DNA of 64,000 nt from Octopus sinensis (GCF_006345805.1 NC_043019.1:6509360-6573359); one strand, 5' to 3'; shown: positions 26,391 through 40,534, numbered from the stretch's first letter. Notes: generated by a model from the letters alone, not told the origin. Program-made: numbers and translations.

Positions 26391-26859
26391 TATATATATA
26401 TATATATATATATGCATGTATATATACATATAGATGTAGGTATGTACATATACGTATGTGTGTATGCATATGTTTTATTTATTAAATTGTTATTATATAC
26501 GTATATACATATATACACAGGTACGTACGTACATACATACATACATACATGGAGTTGATTTTTCCTAATATTTTACTATATTCGTTTCAATATTATATTT
26601 CATATATCAAAATAAATGGATATAGTAAAGGAAGCAGGTGACAACATGTATCCCTGCTGTACCCATACGCGAATAGAATGTCATTTATACGCTGCGTATT
26701 CAATGCTCTGGATTCCTCTCCGCCCCACTCTTCGTGTTTTCTCATAGAAGTTTTTTTTTTTTACAAGATCCAATAAATCTGATATTATTTTCCTCGTTGT
26801 TCACAACAACAATCCCCAAATTTCCATATATATCTTCCAGCGAAAAAAAACATTGAAAT

Positions 26860-27073
26860 ATACATACACATGTACATACATACATACATATATACATACA
26901 TGCATGCATGCATACATACATACATACGTACGTACGTACATACATACGTACGTACGTACATACATACATACATACATACATACATACATACATACATACA
27001 TACATACAAACACACATATATACATACATACATGCATACATACATACATACATACATACATACATACATACAT

Positions 27074-27104
<31 letters not shown>

Positions 27105-27232
27105 TACATACATACATGCATGCATGCATGCATACATACATACATACATACATACATACACACACACATACATACATACATACATACATACATACATACA
27201 TACATAAATACATACGTACATACCTACATACG

Positions 27233-27271
<39 letters not shown>

Positions 27272-27290
27272 TGTGTGTGTGTGTGTGACA
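26860..27290. repeat. (CATA)n with CGTA/CATG variants, followed by (TG)n
   Basis: Directly visible. Confidence 0.95.
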
Positions 27291-27851
27291 TGTTGAAATC
27301 TCTTGTCAACACTGAGCGGTCATACTTAACATCAAAGCAATCGCCGCCGAGCCCATCCTGGCTTTTTATTTACGTGTTGCTTATATCATAAATCAAGAGA
27401 TCAAGAGCTATTTTTCCCACTTTATATATTCGAAAATTAAAATAAAATGAGGGACGTTGGTTTGCATATCAAGTAAATCAAGGATCCAATAACCGGTTAC
27501 TCCTTTGGCTCCTATACTTGATGTTTTCAATGAAAGAGATGAAGTAGATAATACGGTGTGTCCCTTGGTCTTCTATGTATTGGACGCGTAGTTTGTGGGT
27601 ATATCATAAAGTTTCATGAAACCCTTTGCCTGTCTCGTTTATCACTTATGATACACAGAACATGTTATCCCTTGCGTTCATGTATCATATATGACACACA
27701 TTCCCTAATCTTTTTTAAACCAGCAGACTAACTTAGGACTTATGAAAGGAATGTTTTATGTCACACCGGATCTATGAAAGAAGGGATAATCTCAGTGTGT
27801 GAGTGTGTGTGTGTGTGCGTGAATGTGTGTGTGTGTGTGTGTGTGTACAAA

Positions 27852-28013
27852 CAGGAGTGGCTGTGTGGTTAGAAACTTGCTTCCCAACCGCATGGTTCCA
27901 GGTTCAGTCTCCCTACGTTGCACCTTGGGCAAGTATCTTGTACTATAGCGTCAGGCCGACCAAAGCCTTGTGAGAGGATTTGGTAGACGGAAACTGAAAG
28001 AAGCTCGTCGTAT

Positions 28014-28044
<31 letters not shown>

Positions 28045-28231
28045 TTGTATTTGTGTGTCTGTGTTTGTCCCCAACCATCATTTGACAACCGATTTTGGTG
28101 TGTTTACATACCCGTAACTTAACACTTCAGCAAAAGTGATCGATAGAATAAGTCCTAGGATCGATTTGTTCGACTAAAGGTGATGCTGCAGCAGCAGGCT
28201 GCAATCAAAGTGACTGAAACAAGTAAAAGAA
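27852..28231 (+). mobile_element. SINE family B (older copy)
   Basis: Head caggagtggctgtgtgg through tail gactgaaacaagtaaaaga. Confidence 0.88.
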
Positions 28232-28295
28232 TATATATATAGAATGGTTGTCGCCCCACCACCGTACATATCTCTCTGAGAGATTTAGAAATTTA

Positions 28296-28361
<66 letters not shown>

Positions 28362-28401
28362 TTATATATGAGTGTTTTGGGAAATCCTTGATACAGTTAT
28401 A

Positions 28402-28609
28402 ATATTTGGAGAGAAGAATTATTTCTCAAAATTTAAGATTGACAAAAGGCATTAACCTTTAGGAATAGATTTTACAAAATGTATGTTGACTTTAAAAGCA
28501 AAGCCCACGCACATTTTATGAAATCTCTTCCCAAAGGTTAGTATCGACTTTCTAAAAAGTATCTTTTCTCAATCTTAACTCTTTGAGAAAAAATCTCCTC
28601 TCCAAATAT
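28402..28609. repeat. Inverted repeat, arms about 47 bp, spacer about 115 bp
   Basis: atatttggagagaagaattatttctcaaaatttaagattgacaaaag versus cttttctcaatcttaactctttgagaaaaaatctcctctccaaatat. Confidence 0.75.
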
Positions 28610-28668
28610 ACATATATGTGTGTGTTTGTGTGTAGGTATTTATATATGTATGTAAGGCAAATACTTAT

Positions 28669-28905
28669 GAAGGCGCATGATTTAGTGGTTAGGGTATTCG
28701 GCAGACGATTGTAGAGTCCGGTGTTCGATTCCCGGCGGCGCGTTGTATCCTTGGGCAACACACTTTATTTCGCGTTGGTCCAGTTCACTCAGCTGGCAAA
28801 AACGGGTTGTACATGTTATTGTCACGCTGAATCTCTCTGAAAACTGGGAGAAGAGCACGCATGTTTGTAAATGCTCAGCCATTTGCAGGTTTATTTCACG
28901 ACCTG
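28669..28905 (+). mobile_element. CORE-type SINE with body B and partial tail X
   Basis: tatccttgggcaacacactttatttc...cactcagctggcaaaaa, then gtcacgctgaatctc...gctcagcca...tttcacga (tail X). Confidence 0.7.
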
Positions 28906-29379
28906 TGTAGTTTTTAAATTGAACTAAGTTTTTTTTATATCACTTATTACTTAACATGTATGCATAAGAGCAATTCCGTGAAATATTCACGCTTATTTAC
29001 GTGGCAGATATATGCAGTTTAACTAAAGGTTGTATCATATGAGCAGGATATTTTTTTGTTTGTTTATGGGGAAAGTGGAAAAATAAGAGTGAATATTTAT
29101 TTTATGAGTGCTGTGTATTAAGTCTATAAAATTGTGCATAAAGTATAGAAAGTGTATATACAAGGTGCATTAACTAATCATCGAATTCCAATTTCATTCA
29201 ATTTTCAATGAATACTAGATGAGCGACTGTTTACTCCATAGAGACACAACATAGGCTACGCTTTCTAGCTTTTGGATAAAGTTTTCAGAAATAACCCAGT
29301 AGGTTTGCCATTAATTCGTTAAATATTCACGAGTTTCACTAGTATATATAAATATATATACACACACACACACACACAT

Positions 29380-29432
<53 letters not shown>

Positions 29433-29557
29433 ATCTATATATATTCTATATACCAGACACATATACATACATGTATATACATATATATATATACATATAT
29501 AGATAGATAGATAGATAGATAGATAGATGGATGGATAGATGGAAGGATGGATGGATG

Positions 29558-29647
<90 letters not shown>

Positions 29648-30659
29648 CCTGTATACACCTATAGATATACGTTTATATATATATATATATATACATATAC
29701 CTACATACATATATATACATATATATATATATGCATATATATACATATGGACATATATCTGCATATACACACACGCACTCGCATTCACACACACCACACT
29801 TATACGTACATGCGCGCAAGCGCGACTCATCTAATCCCAACATGTGTTTGGCAGCTTACTATTATATGCTGCAATTTTTCCATAATTAATTCAATCTCAT
29901 GTCCAACGATGCAAAAACAAAATGACGTTTGAGAAAAACTTGTCTCATGTCTTCGATGATTTTTGCATTAATATTCATCGCGTCGTTGCTGTTGTTACAG
30001 CAATTATTTTTCTTCATCTTACGCCACGTAAGAGAGCAATATTTTTAGAACGCTATTGTAATTTCATGTACAGATTTTTATCATCTCAGGTGAGATGCCT
30101 TATCATTTTCTCGAAGCCTTGTAGGTTGGGAAATACTCTGTAATTCATTGGTGATTCTTCTGATTTGCTGATTTCATCTTCAATGATTTTTCAACTTCCT
30201 CGACGTTTAACGAGGTAATTATGTTCGGTCTAGAATGTTCAGATGAACATCTTATGTAAGATAAAACGGACGAGTCAAAAGTGCTGCAAAGAGAGATAAC
30301 AGAACATGACCCAGCAATTTCTTCTTAATTATTATGATTCTTGTTTTCTTTTTTCTTTTTATTTTATTTTTGGTACATCAGTAAGAATTGCGGACATCAT
30401 AGCATTGTTCAACAAACTGAGACGATTTACAGGAAAAGTTCAAACATCCAGAATTTCCACTTAGAGAGACGAGAAACTCAAATTACCGATATTAATGAAC
30501 GTTCAGCTGTAACAATACTTGGATCACTTCAAAGAGTTATTTATTTTAACAAAAACCCAACAAATTTGTTCGGGATTTCCTGAAGCGAGAAAATTATAAA
30601 GTTTAACAAAATAATCTACATTTTATGTTTAACTTCTTTTGCCGCTTACCTTGTTATAT

Positions 30660-30714
30660 TCGTCTGTAGTTGATACATCTATTATAATTAATATAGACAT
30701 TATTATTATTATTA

Positions 30715-30755
<41 letters not shown>

Positions 30756-30818
30756 GTTATTATATTATTATTATTATATTATTATTATTATTATTATTAT
30801 TATTATCATTATTATATC

Positions 30819-30884
<66 letters not shown>

Positions 30885-30963
30885 CATCATCATCATCATT
30901 ATAATTTTATTATTATAATTATATTATTATTATATTATTATTATTATTATCATTATTATTATT

Positions 30964-31004
<41 letters not shown>

Positions 31005-31031
31005 ATTCATCTCATCATCATCATCATTATA

Positions 31032-31070
<39 letters not shown>

Positions 31071-31140
31071 TTATTATTATTATTATTATCATCATCATTA
31101 TTATTATTATTATTATCATTACTACTACTACTATTATTGT
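30660..31140. repeat. (ATT)/(ATC) microsatellite
   Basis: Directly visible. Confidence 0.95.
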
Positions 31141-31379
31141 TGTTCTTGTACATTTCACTTGCCAGAGATCTCAATTTCACATGCTTCCGTTAGTTTAGAA
31201 AGAGCGGGGCGGTGCTCCAGCATGGCCACAGTCAAATGACTGAAACAAGTAAAAGAGTAAAAGAGTAAAAGAGTACTGTCAAGGATCCCACAGGTTCTCT
31301 TTCCACGATACTTAAAATCAAAGTACCAGTCTCAAAACCCTCGTTCTCCCCAATAAAGCAGATTTCTGAACAATGTTTA

Positions 31380-32600
31380 TTCTCATGTCAATCTCAATTT
31401 CTCCAAAGCATTTCTAAAACTCGGTTGGTAATTCTCCCGGGACACATACAAATACTGGGATGACAGTTACTTTCTTCATTGCCCTCATTTGCGCATTCAC
31501 ATCTTGTAGTTGCTTGTACTTCTCAATCTTTTCCAAATCTTTGTCCCCCACTCGTACATCCCCAGGTATAGCAATATCTATGATCCTGTTTCCTTCATTA
31601 TTTTGCCTACTGCAACAATCTCTGTCTCCGAGCATGAATCACTATATCACACTGCATTGTAAAAGTCCCATAAGATGCTCCTACTCATTGACACCTTCTG
31701 CCTTATGCTGATTACCATTCCAACTTCAGTTGAAGACCGTACTTCTTATCAAATATCCAGTGAAGAGGAATGGAATTACAACCGTGTTTCCTGGTCTGCT
31801 ACCACAACAGCTCCTTTATAAGATCCAGTTAGCTGAAGACATCATCAGGAGGAGCCACGTCCGGTTTCGGCTCCTACTCCTCTACCATTCTGACGTGGCG
31901 TGCCCCCCCCCTTTCGGAGGTGTCTTCAGTTCTTGTGTTGGGTGCATGTCTTCTTTCTTCTGTTCCCTGGCTTCTTCAATGTATCATCAGCCGGTGACAA
32001 GACTGACTTGTCAAATTCTTCCCTTTAACTACTTGCCGCTAGACTCCAGCAGACAGCCCCAGCAAGTTGTCACGTGACACTGACTAGTGAAGGTGCGTAG
32101 TTTTAGCCCGCGCATTCTCTAAACGACCATCACCTGTCAGTCAGCGAAGCTGATTCAGTGTCAGCTTGTCTCACCTAGTGATGTTATTTCCCGCCGGCAC
32201 GGTATGACTTTCAAGCCATTTTCGGTCTTCCCGCTTCAGCCATATCAAATATCCAGTGAGCATACATAGCTACGTTATCGTGCCTTCATATTCCTGTTGA
32301 GCCACTTTGCTACACTCACTCACAATATGTGACACTCATTTTGTGACATACATCGTGCAAAGGGACGATTCAATACTCTTATCTATTTAGGACTTGGTGT
32401 AATTAGTTCTTACAGCTTATTCCTGACAACTGTATATCAATGCCTCAGTGAATCCTTTCAAATTATATTTTCTTAACTCCCTCCAATTGTTTGTCTTGTC
32501 TCTCCCTTCCATTTCTCTAAGTTATTGTTCATGCATCGCTTTCACGTTTCAGTTTTTCAATCTTTACTCCCGATTTTCTTTCTTAAATTCTGTTGGATGC
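31380..32600 (-). mobile_element. Dong/R4-like LINE C-terminal region interrupted by a 479-bp insertion
   Basis: LKGFTEALIYSCQ..AVRTNY, zinc-knuckle and HDNVA region (32260-32600), and RIIDIAIPGDVRVGDKDLEKIEKYKQL (31414-31635). Confidence 0.8.
31764..32242. mobile_element. Unidentified GC-rich, structure-rich retroposed insertion with 17-bp TSD
   Basis: TSD tatcaaatatccagtga at 31747-31763 and 32243-32259. Confidence 0.7.
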
Positions 32601-32902
32601 ATCATGTCTTCAGTAGGTATCGAAAATCCAATGCTACACTACACGCCTATTTGGTTATGAAATTTTACGAATACACTCTCTCAGGGAGACATGATATACC
32701 TATCATTATGGATAATACTAAATGTACCTTTCGGATTTTTCATAGTGTGATGTAACTCTTTGGAATAACAATTGCATGCGGCTGAAGAGAGTTTTACACC
32801 ATCCTTTATGTCGATTATACACTGATGTAAGAATAGGTCATTTATAAAGCTTGAAACACGTGTACCGCGACATCCTTTTGTTTCTGTTTTTGATTTCATT
32901 TG

Positions 32903-32984
<82 letters not shown>

Positions 32985-32986
<2 letters not shown>

Positions 32987-33215
32987 GAAGCTTTATATGA
33001 AAATAGACAAAAGACGAAGGCAGGTGGAAAACAAACGAACAATTGTATTAGTATGGCGCTCAGGAAATATAATAAAACAGTCTTTAACATTTCGAGGCCC
33101 TACGCTCTTCAACAGAAAGATACACAGAGAGAAAAAAAAACACAGAAAGAAGGAGAGAAAAAAAAAAAAAAAAAAAGGTGAAAAAAAATGCGTGCAGTAG
33201 CTAACGAATCAACAT
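32985..33215 (-). mobile_element. Hammerhead-bearing short repeat, family H1 (copy 1); motif at 33081-33120
   Basis: TCTTT CTGTTGA A GAGCGTAGGGCCTC GAAA TGT T AAAGA; the element ends in (TA)n. Confidence 0.7.
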
Positions 33216-33428
33216 GGCGATGGGCTCCTTTCAATTTCCGCCTACCACATCCACTCACAAGGTTGTAGTAGAAGAAACTTGACGAAGGTGCCATGTAGTC
33301 GAACACTGAACTCGGAACCGTGTTGTTGAGAGGCAAGTCTCTTAGTACACAGACATTCCTGCATATGTACACACCATCATATATATATATATTTGTATGT
33401 ATATATATATATATATTATATATATATA

Positions 33429-33528
33429 NNNNNNNNNNNNNNNNNNNNNNNNNNNNNNNNNNNNNNNNNNNNNNNNNNNNNNNNNNNNNNNNNNNNNNNN
33501 NNNNNNNNNNNNNNNNNNNNNNNNNNNN
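33429..33528. other. Assembly gap (100 N)
   Basis: Run of exactly 100 N. Confidence 1.
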
Positions 33529-33603
33529 AAACCGGAAAACAAATTCTGTGAGTTTTTATGACTCGAGAAGGATCTTTTAAAAATGTTTTATCATGCTACG
33601 TGG

Positions 33604-33786
33604 TTACTTACGCAACTCCGTGTAGAAGTTTCGTACATTTGTGAGGCGATTCTCTCCCACCGGATTCGAAGAAGGATTTGAAAATGATTCAGTGTTACTG
33701 CATGGGACCCTGGATAATTGTCTTCTTCTATACCCACCGGAACGAAGGAAATCGGAAGTAATGCTACGTATTATATAGTTATCTAT
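33604..33786 (-). CDS. Candidate terminal coding exon, unknown protein
   Basis: Acceptor ctttttattcag, then 60 open codons IDNYIIRSITSDFLRSGGYRRRQ...FYTELRK and a stop, in unique non-repeat sequence. Confidence 0.3.
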   Translation of the reverse strand: MDNYIIRSITSDFLRSGGYRRRQLSRVPCSNTESFSNPSSNPVGENRLTNVRNFYTELRK

Positions 33787-35410
33787 CTGAATAAAAAGCG
33801 CTCCGAACTGAGCTGGTGTGTTTACACTGTTTTGTCTACAGAGAGAATATTTATCCAGCACAAACGCATCGAATGGTCTTCTTACTGGTTAGAATGAAAG
33901 GGAGAACCGACCTCCGCAGAATTTAATCCCAGAACGTGAAACTGGACGAAATGACGCTAAGCATTTAGCACGGCGAGTTAACGATTCTGTCACATAATAT
34001 TAATAATAACAGGAGCACTCAGAGAGCGGAAACCTCCGCCAAGGTAACACCAACATCCTCTCAAAGATTAGCCAGAGACGATGTTTAAAATGAAAATATC
34101 TGAAATAAACTCGACTGTTTATTTGTTTAGTATTCACAAACGAGAATACTAAAAATGAACCCGACCGAAAACTTTGATGTAACACCGACTTTCTTTCTGG
34201 GGTCCATTGATGTGGCAAGTTCTAGGTTAGGGGCAAATGCCCTCCTGTGCAAAAAATTTTATAAAATATAAAGCTCTGAGCAACGATTTTAAAAACATAT
34301 CTCTATCGAAATATATTATGAGCTGTATAATTTCTGTCTCTGTAGCCGCAAACGGCAAAACAATATCTGAAAAGATTCCATGATTGAGTGACGGCTTGTG
34401 TCAACAAGTCTGGTAAACACATTGGACACCTACTACAAGTGGTGGCCATCGTTAGAGAAACAAGTGTGGGTGTTTGTGTGTTTGTGTGTCTGTGTGTTTG
34501 TGTGTGTGTGTGTATGTGTGTATATATATACATATATATAATTTATATATAATATTTATATATATATTAAATGTAATATATATACATATATATATATTTA
34601 TATATATTACATTTAACATAATATAAATATTATATTAAATTATATATATGTATATATATATACACACATACACACACACACACAAACACACAGACACATG
34701 CAGGGTATATGTGACAGGTTAGATCTGGCCAGTTTGAATATGAAACAAGTGCAAAAGGGTTGAATGGTGCAAATATAAACGCTGTTAGGGACATACGCAT
34801 GCGCATTACCACAAACAACAGAAATACAATTGATACGCACACACACTTACATATGCACACATATATAGGAACTTACAAACATACATGGATTCAGACACAC
34901 CCACATACACACATACATATGCATGTGTGTATATGTCTGTTTATATAAATAGATTATAAATAGAAGATAGATAGATAGAAAGGTGGATAGATAGACAGAG
35001 AGAGAGAAAGAGAGGTGGAGATAGAGACAGGTAGATAGATAAATAGAGAGAGACAGAAAGAGGATAGAGAAAGAGACAGGGAGGGGACAGACAGATAGAT
35101 AGACAGTTAGATAGATAGTTGGATAGATAGTTAAAGAAATAGAGAAGTGGATAGACAGACAGATATATTGGTAGATAGAGAAATAGATAGAAAGACGGAC
35201 AGACAGAAAGACAGGCTGATAGATAGATTGATACATAGGTAGACAGACATACATAAAGGTAGATAGACTGACAGTTGGAGAGATAGATAAATAGGCAACA
35301 GATAGACAGATAGATAGTTAAATAGATAGATAGTTAGACAGACAGATAAGTAGGTAGATAGACAGAAAGATAGACGGACAGTTAGATAGATATCAGACAG
35401 ACAAACAGAT

Positions 35411-35441
<31 letters not shown>

Positions 35442-36194
35442 ACCAGCTTACACCTGTGAAGTGCTTTCAGCTAAAGCGTAGTTATAACAGATTGGACAAC
35501 GTGACATTGAGACAATAAGAGGAATGACTTGCCTAAGATACAACACAGAGCTCTACGGAAACCAGGTGGCCGTGAAGCAAAGACCATAAACCACACATCC
35601 GTTCATTCGACTCTAGTATAAACTGTTTTATAAACGGTTTAACTGTGCCAGTAATATTTCCAAAGATATAAGAGTGATTTTATAGATAAATCGGCAGCCA
35701 CTTAACTCTCCGAAGTCAAGCTACCTCGACTAATCATCAGCTAATGACTTAGGTGAAAATCTATCTCAGTGGAGTGTGTCTTGAAACTAGAAATACATCA
35801 CGAGAAAAAGACAAAAAAAATCATTAGTTAAATGGCTGTAAAACGTCTGTTTTATGGAACGCGGCATATTGGGAAATTTCATCTACGATAGGTTTGGACG
35901 GAGCAATACACTGTATGTGTGCAATTTCATAGGTTTATGTGTGGTTATGCAAGAATGAGTGAGTGTGTACGTGTGTGTGTGCGAGCGTGTGTGTGCATGT
36001 GTTGTATAGATATATATGTTTCTGTGTGTGTGTACGCGCTTGCGAGTATGTGTGTGCATATGTTTATGTGTGTCGAAACTGTGATGATATTTGGTCAATA
36101 ACTGATGAGGGGTAAGCGTGTCGACGTCCTTTGTGCGTTTTTCAAGGCTTTCCGCATGTTCCTTCGACGTCACGCCGTACATTTTACGATATAT

Positions 36195-36235
<41 letters not shown>

Positions 36236-36244
36236 TATATATAT

Positions 36245-36460
36245 ATAACGGGAAGGTTTATGAAAATAAACAAAAGACGAAGGCAGGTGGAGTACAAACA
36301 AACAAATGTATTAGTATGGCGCTCAGGAATATAAATAAAACAAGTCTTTTACGTTTCGAGCCGACGCTCTTCAACAGAAAGATACACAGAAAAGAAACAC
36401 GGAGAGAAACAAGGAGAGAGAAAAAATGCGTGCAGAAGCTAGCGATTCAACATGGCGATA
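36245..36460 (-). mobile_element. Hammerhead-bearing short repeat, family H1 (copy 2, most intact); motif at 36345-36382
   Basis: TCTTT CTGTTGA A GAGC GTCG GCTC GAAA CGT A AAAGA; all stems perfect. Confidence 0.75.
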
Positions 36461-37321
36461 TATTATATATATATATACGAATATGCACGTGTGAGCGTGT
36501 GTGTGTGTGTGTGGTATACGTAAAAACACACACTCACACATATATATAAAACTGATACATACGTATATATGTATATGTACGTATATATCAAAGTCCCCTG
36601 AAATTCTTACAAAACCTATTCTACGTATATCACACGCACTACAAGCAAGAGCGCCTGAAGCTAGGAAACCTGGTGCTATTGTCCCTTCTTTCCTACTATA
36701 TGAATTTCTTGTTCGAAAGCCACAGATGTTTCTTAGCCACGACGCTATGCATTTGAAGAGAACCTTAGAGAACATGTTCTATGCGGTTGTGAAGCGAACG
36801 TCTTACACGCCCAGTTCTTCTTACGCATGTGTCTATGTATGCATGTAAGCACGTGTGCGTGTGAGTGTGTGGGTGGGCGTGTGTGTGTGTGCGTGCATGC
36901 GTGCGTGCGTGCGTAGGTGCGTGCGTGCGTGCGTGCGTGCGTGCGTGTGTGTGTGTGTGTGAGTGTGTGTGTGTGAGTGTGTGTTTGTCCTGGGTGTGTG
37001 TGTTTGTCCTGGGTGTCCAACGAAATCTGGCCTATTTATCAAGCCGGAAAAGGCAAAATATTTAAGGAACAGAAACTGACGAAGCACTGACAATATATGT
37101 CAACGCGCAGTTTTTGATCTTGAACACCTGCTGCAGGAGGCGTCCATCGTTACCAAATCCACGCAAAAGAATAAACGTTCCTACAAGAACAGACGAGCCA
37201 CAGTCATGATGACCACCCTTTAGAGAATAATGAAGCCTTGGAGCGCCATAAACATATATATATATACAGTATGTAGGTATGTATGTATCTATGTATGAGC
37301 ATGTATATACATATATGTAAT

Positions 37322-37356
<35 letters not shown>

Positions 37357-37389
37357 GCATATATATATTATGTATGTGTGTGTATATAT

Positions 37390-37640
37390 ATATATAATAT
37401 TACACACACATATTGGTAAAAACGGTAAGATAACAAAAGAAAGAAAGAGACCTCAATATTATGTAAATAGAGGAAATTTATCTATAAAATAATATGTTAC
37501 AATTACTCAATAGTCAAGATTAAAACTGAGTTTCAGATGCCGAAGTGGAAATCCAAAACACCATCTCTTCGGTATCTGGCCATCTGAAAAACGCTATGAA
37601 AAAATACCGTTATATAAAGGGAAGTTATGTTGTTATAATT
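37390..37640 (-). mobile_element. Hammerhead-bearing short repeat, family H2 (copy 1); motif at 37497-37578
   Basis: CCGAAGA GATG...CATC T GAAA CTC...GAGT A; homologous to 53310-53470; ends in (TA)n. Confidence 0.6.
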
Positions 37641-37758
37641 CTGCTACTTATATAAATTAGTTAACAATATTAGTAAGAGAATTTTTAGCCTCTCCTCCGA
37701 TAAGGACATTTTTAATAGCGTTGGCCCCAGTTTATAAAAGTAGTATATCAATAATTTT

Positions 37759-38134
37759 GGAAGCTCTCCGTCGGTTACGACGACGAGGGTTTCCGGTGAT
37801 CCGAATCAACGGAACAGCCTGCTCGTGAATTAACGTGTAAGTGGCTGAGCTCTCCACAGACACGCGTACCCTTAACGTAGTTCTCGGGGATATTCAGCGT
37901 GACACAGAGAGTGACAAGGACGGGCCCTTGAAACAGTACAACAGAAACAGGAAGTAAGAGTGAGAGAGAAAGTTGTGGTGAAAGAGTACAACAGGGATCA
38001 CACCATCCCCTGCCGGAAGCCTCGTGGAGCTTTAGGTGTTTTCGCTCAAAAACACTCACAACGCCCAGTCTGGAATCGAACCGCGATCTATGACCGCCAG
38101 TCCGCTGCCCTAACCACTGGGCCATTGCGCCTCC
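37759..38134 (-). mobile_element. SINE family A
   Basis: Full-length reverse copy with several single-base deletions. Confidence 0.92.
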
Positions 38135-38390
38135 ACATATCAATATTAATGTTTCTTTATTTGTTTACTTCAGGTAAAACAAATTGCATACGTTTCAGGA
38201 GTTACTCTATAATTTTCTAGGGTACAAGTGTATTCTTAAACAAGAATATTGATGCCAGTGTCTTCGAAGTTTCGGCCAGTTAAGCCATCGTTGGATGTTA
38301 TATATGGTATATTATATGTTTGTATATATTCATATATATGCAGATATATACACATATATATGTATACATTCATATTATATTGTTAGTATA

Positions 38391-38802
38391 GGCGCAGGAG
38401 TGGCTGTGTGGTAAGTAGCTTGCCTACCAACCACATGGTTCTGGGTTCAGTCCCACTGCGTGGCATCTTGGGCAAGTGTCTTCTGCTATAGCCTCAGGCC
38501 GACCAATGCCTTGGAGTGGATTGGTAGACGGAAACTGAAAGAAGCCTGTCGTATATATGTATATGTATGTGTGTATGTATATGTTGTGTGGTGTCTGTGT
38601 TGTCCCTCTAGCATTGCTTGACAACCGATGCTGGTGTGTTTACGTCCCCGTCACTTAGCGGTTCGGCTAAAGAAACCGATAGAATAAGTACTGGGCTTAC
38701 AACGAATAAGTCCCGGGGACGATTTGCTCGACTAAAGGCGATGCTCCAGCATGGCCGCAGTCAAATGACTGAAACAAGTAAAAGAGTAAAAGAGTAAAAG
38801 AG
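38391..38802 (+). mobile_element. SINE family B
   Basis: Full-length. Confidence 0.92.
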
Positions 38803-39026
38803 TATATATTATACATATATATACATATCTATATATACATATCTATATATACATATATATACGCATATAAATATATACGTATATATATATCTATACGCAT
38901 GCCTATATAATATATCTTACGTAAGTTACATTAATATCATATATACATATATATATATACCTACACACACACACACATATATATATGCACACGCACGGAC
39001 GCACACATATACAGAAATACACTTAC

Positions 39027-39162
39027 ATACCAAAACACAAGAAGGTCATGCTTGACCAATTCACGAAGCAATTCCGCAGTCAAAACAACAGGGGAAATGT
39101 TTGCGAATTCTTCAGAGTCTGCTAAAATATATTCTCGCATCGATTCACTTTCTCTGTTCCGA
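39027..39162 (-). CDS. Candidate internal coding exon, unknown protein
   Basis: Acceptor tttctttaag; open frame RNRESESMREYILADSEEFANISPVVLTAELLRELVKHDLLVFWY; canonical donor GTAAGT; phase 2 in, phase 0 out. Confidence 0.3.
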
Positions 39163-39543
39163 CTTAAAGAAACGCCTTTTTAAAGAGATTGTTGTCAACT
39201 TAGATTTAAAATGGTCTTCAGAAAAGCTATTAGAGTTTTATTGCTGTGAAAATTGAATCTAATACGTGAGGGATTTTATTTTAAGAAACAATATTATCAA
39301 ATAATACTTGAGAAGATTATATATGTATAATATATATATATAGATATATATATAATATATATATAGATATATATATATATATATATATATACGTACATAT
39401 ATATAAATATACATATATACGTACATATAAAATATACATATGTATATATACTTATACAAATATATAGATATATGTATAGTATATATACATATATATACTT
39501 ATATAACATACATATAACATATGTGTACATATATATGTAGACA

Positions 39544-39574
<31 letters not shown>

Positions 39575-40190
39575 GATTAATATATATAACACACACACGT
39601 ATATACTTCGCTTCTGGCCTGCAAGACAACAAAATATATACATATAAATACGTATACACATGTATGTATGTGTATGTATGCATTCATGTATGTTTGTACA
39701 TATGTATGTGTAAATGTACGTATGTATATATGTATGTATGTCTGTATGTGTGTGTGTGTGTGTGTGTGTCTGTTTGTGTATGCGTGTGTATGTGTGTATG
39801 TATTAAGAGCAATAAAATATATTGATTCCTAAAGTAGATTGCTGTGTAGGTAGCTGGTTGGTAAGCTGTCTGGTGCTGGGGACGGCTGGACGTGCTTGTG
39901 TGTACCTATTGGAGGGCTGGCTGGAGCGATTGGATGGTCCATTAGGCACTAAGGAATTGACTAAATGCCTGTCTGTCTGTCTGCCTGTCTGTCTGCCTGT
40001 CTCTCTGTCTGCTTGTCTGTCCGTCTGACTGGTTTGTTGGTTTTTCTTTTCTTTTCTTTTATAACTTTCACTAGATTCAGTCATTGGACTGTAGCCATGT
40101 TGGGGCCACGTCCTTGAAGCGTCTTTGAGACGAACAAAGTGTCCCAGTTATATATATGTATGTGTGTTCGCGCGCGCGATTGAGTGTGTG

Positions 40191-40226
<36 letters not shown>

Positions 40227-40379
40227 AAAAATTAATATAGACAGCCGTGTGCAATGTTTCACCTAAAGAAAAAAAACTATGATTGTCACAAAATATTACT
40301 AAGGCGTTGGAATTCTTGCATTGCTAGAAATAAGAGCTAAACTCTAATGCCGTAGAGAATTATGTGCTTTAACTACAGC

Positions 40380-40429
<50 letters not shown>

Positions 40430-40489
40430 TAAATATATATATATATATAATATATATGTATATATAGGTATATTATATATGTATATATG

Positions 40490-40534
<45 letters not shown>

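Noticed and set aside
35690-35745. CTGATGA plus a 7-bp stem with GTAG loop on the minus strand
   Set aside because: GAAA is replaced by GAGA, the cleavage position is G and stem I is poor; too many lesions.
36600-37240. Open frames in unique sequence (e.g. AVFDLEHLLQEASIV, TFILLRGFGNDG)
   Set aside because: No consistent splice sites or recognisable family.
38255-38294. GGC...GCC-GAAAC-TTCGAAG palindrome on the minus strand
   Set aside because: The core reads CCAACGA and there is no stem I; it cannot be separated from chance.
39027-39140. Resemblance of SEEF...ELL...VKHD to a BTB-Kelch BACK domain
   Set aside because: The spacing is wrong and the central conserved segment is missing.
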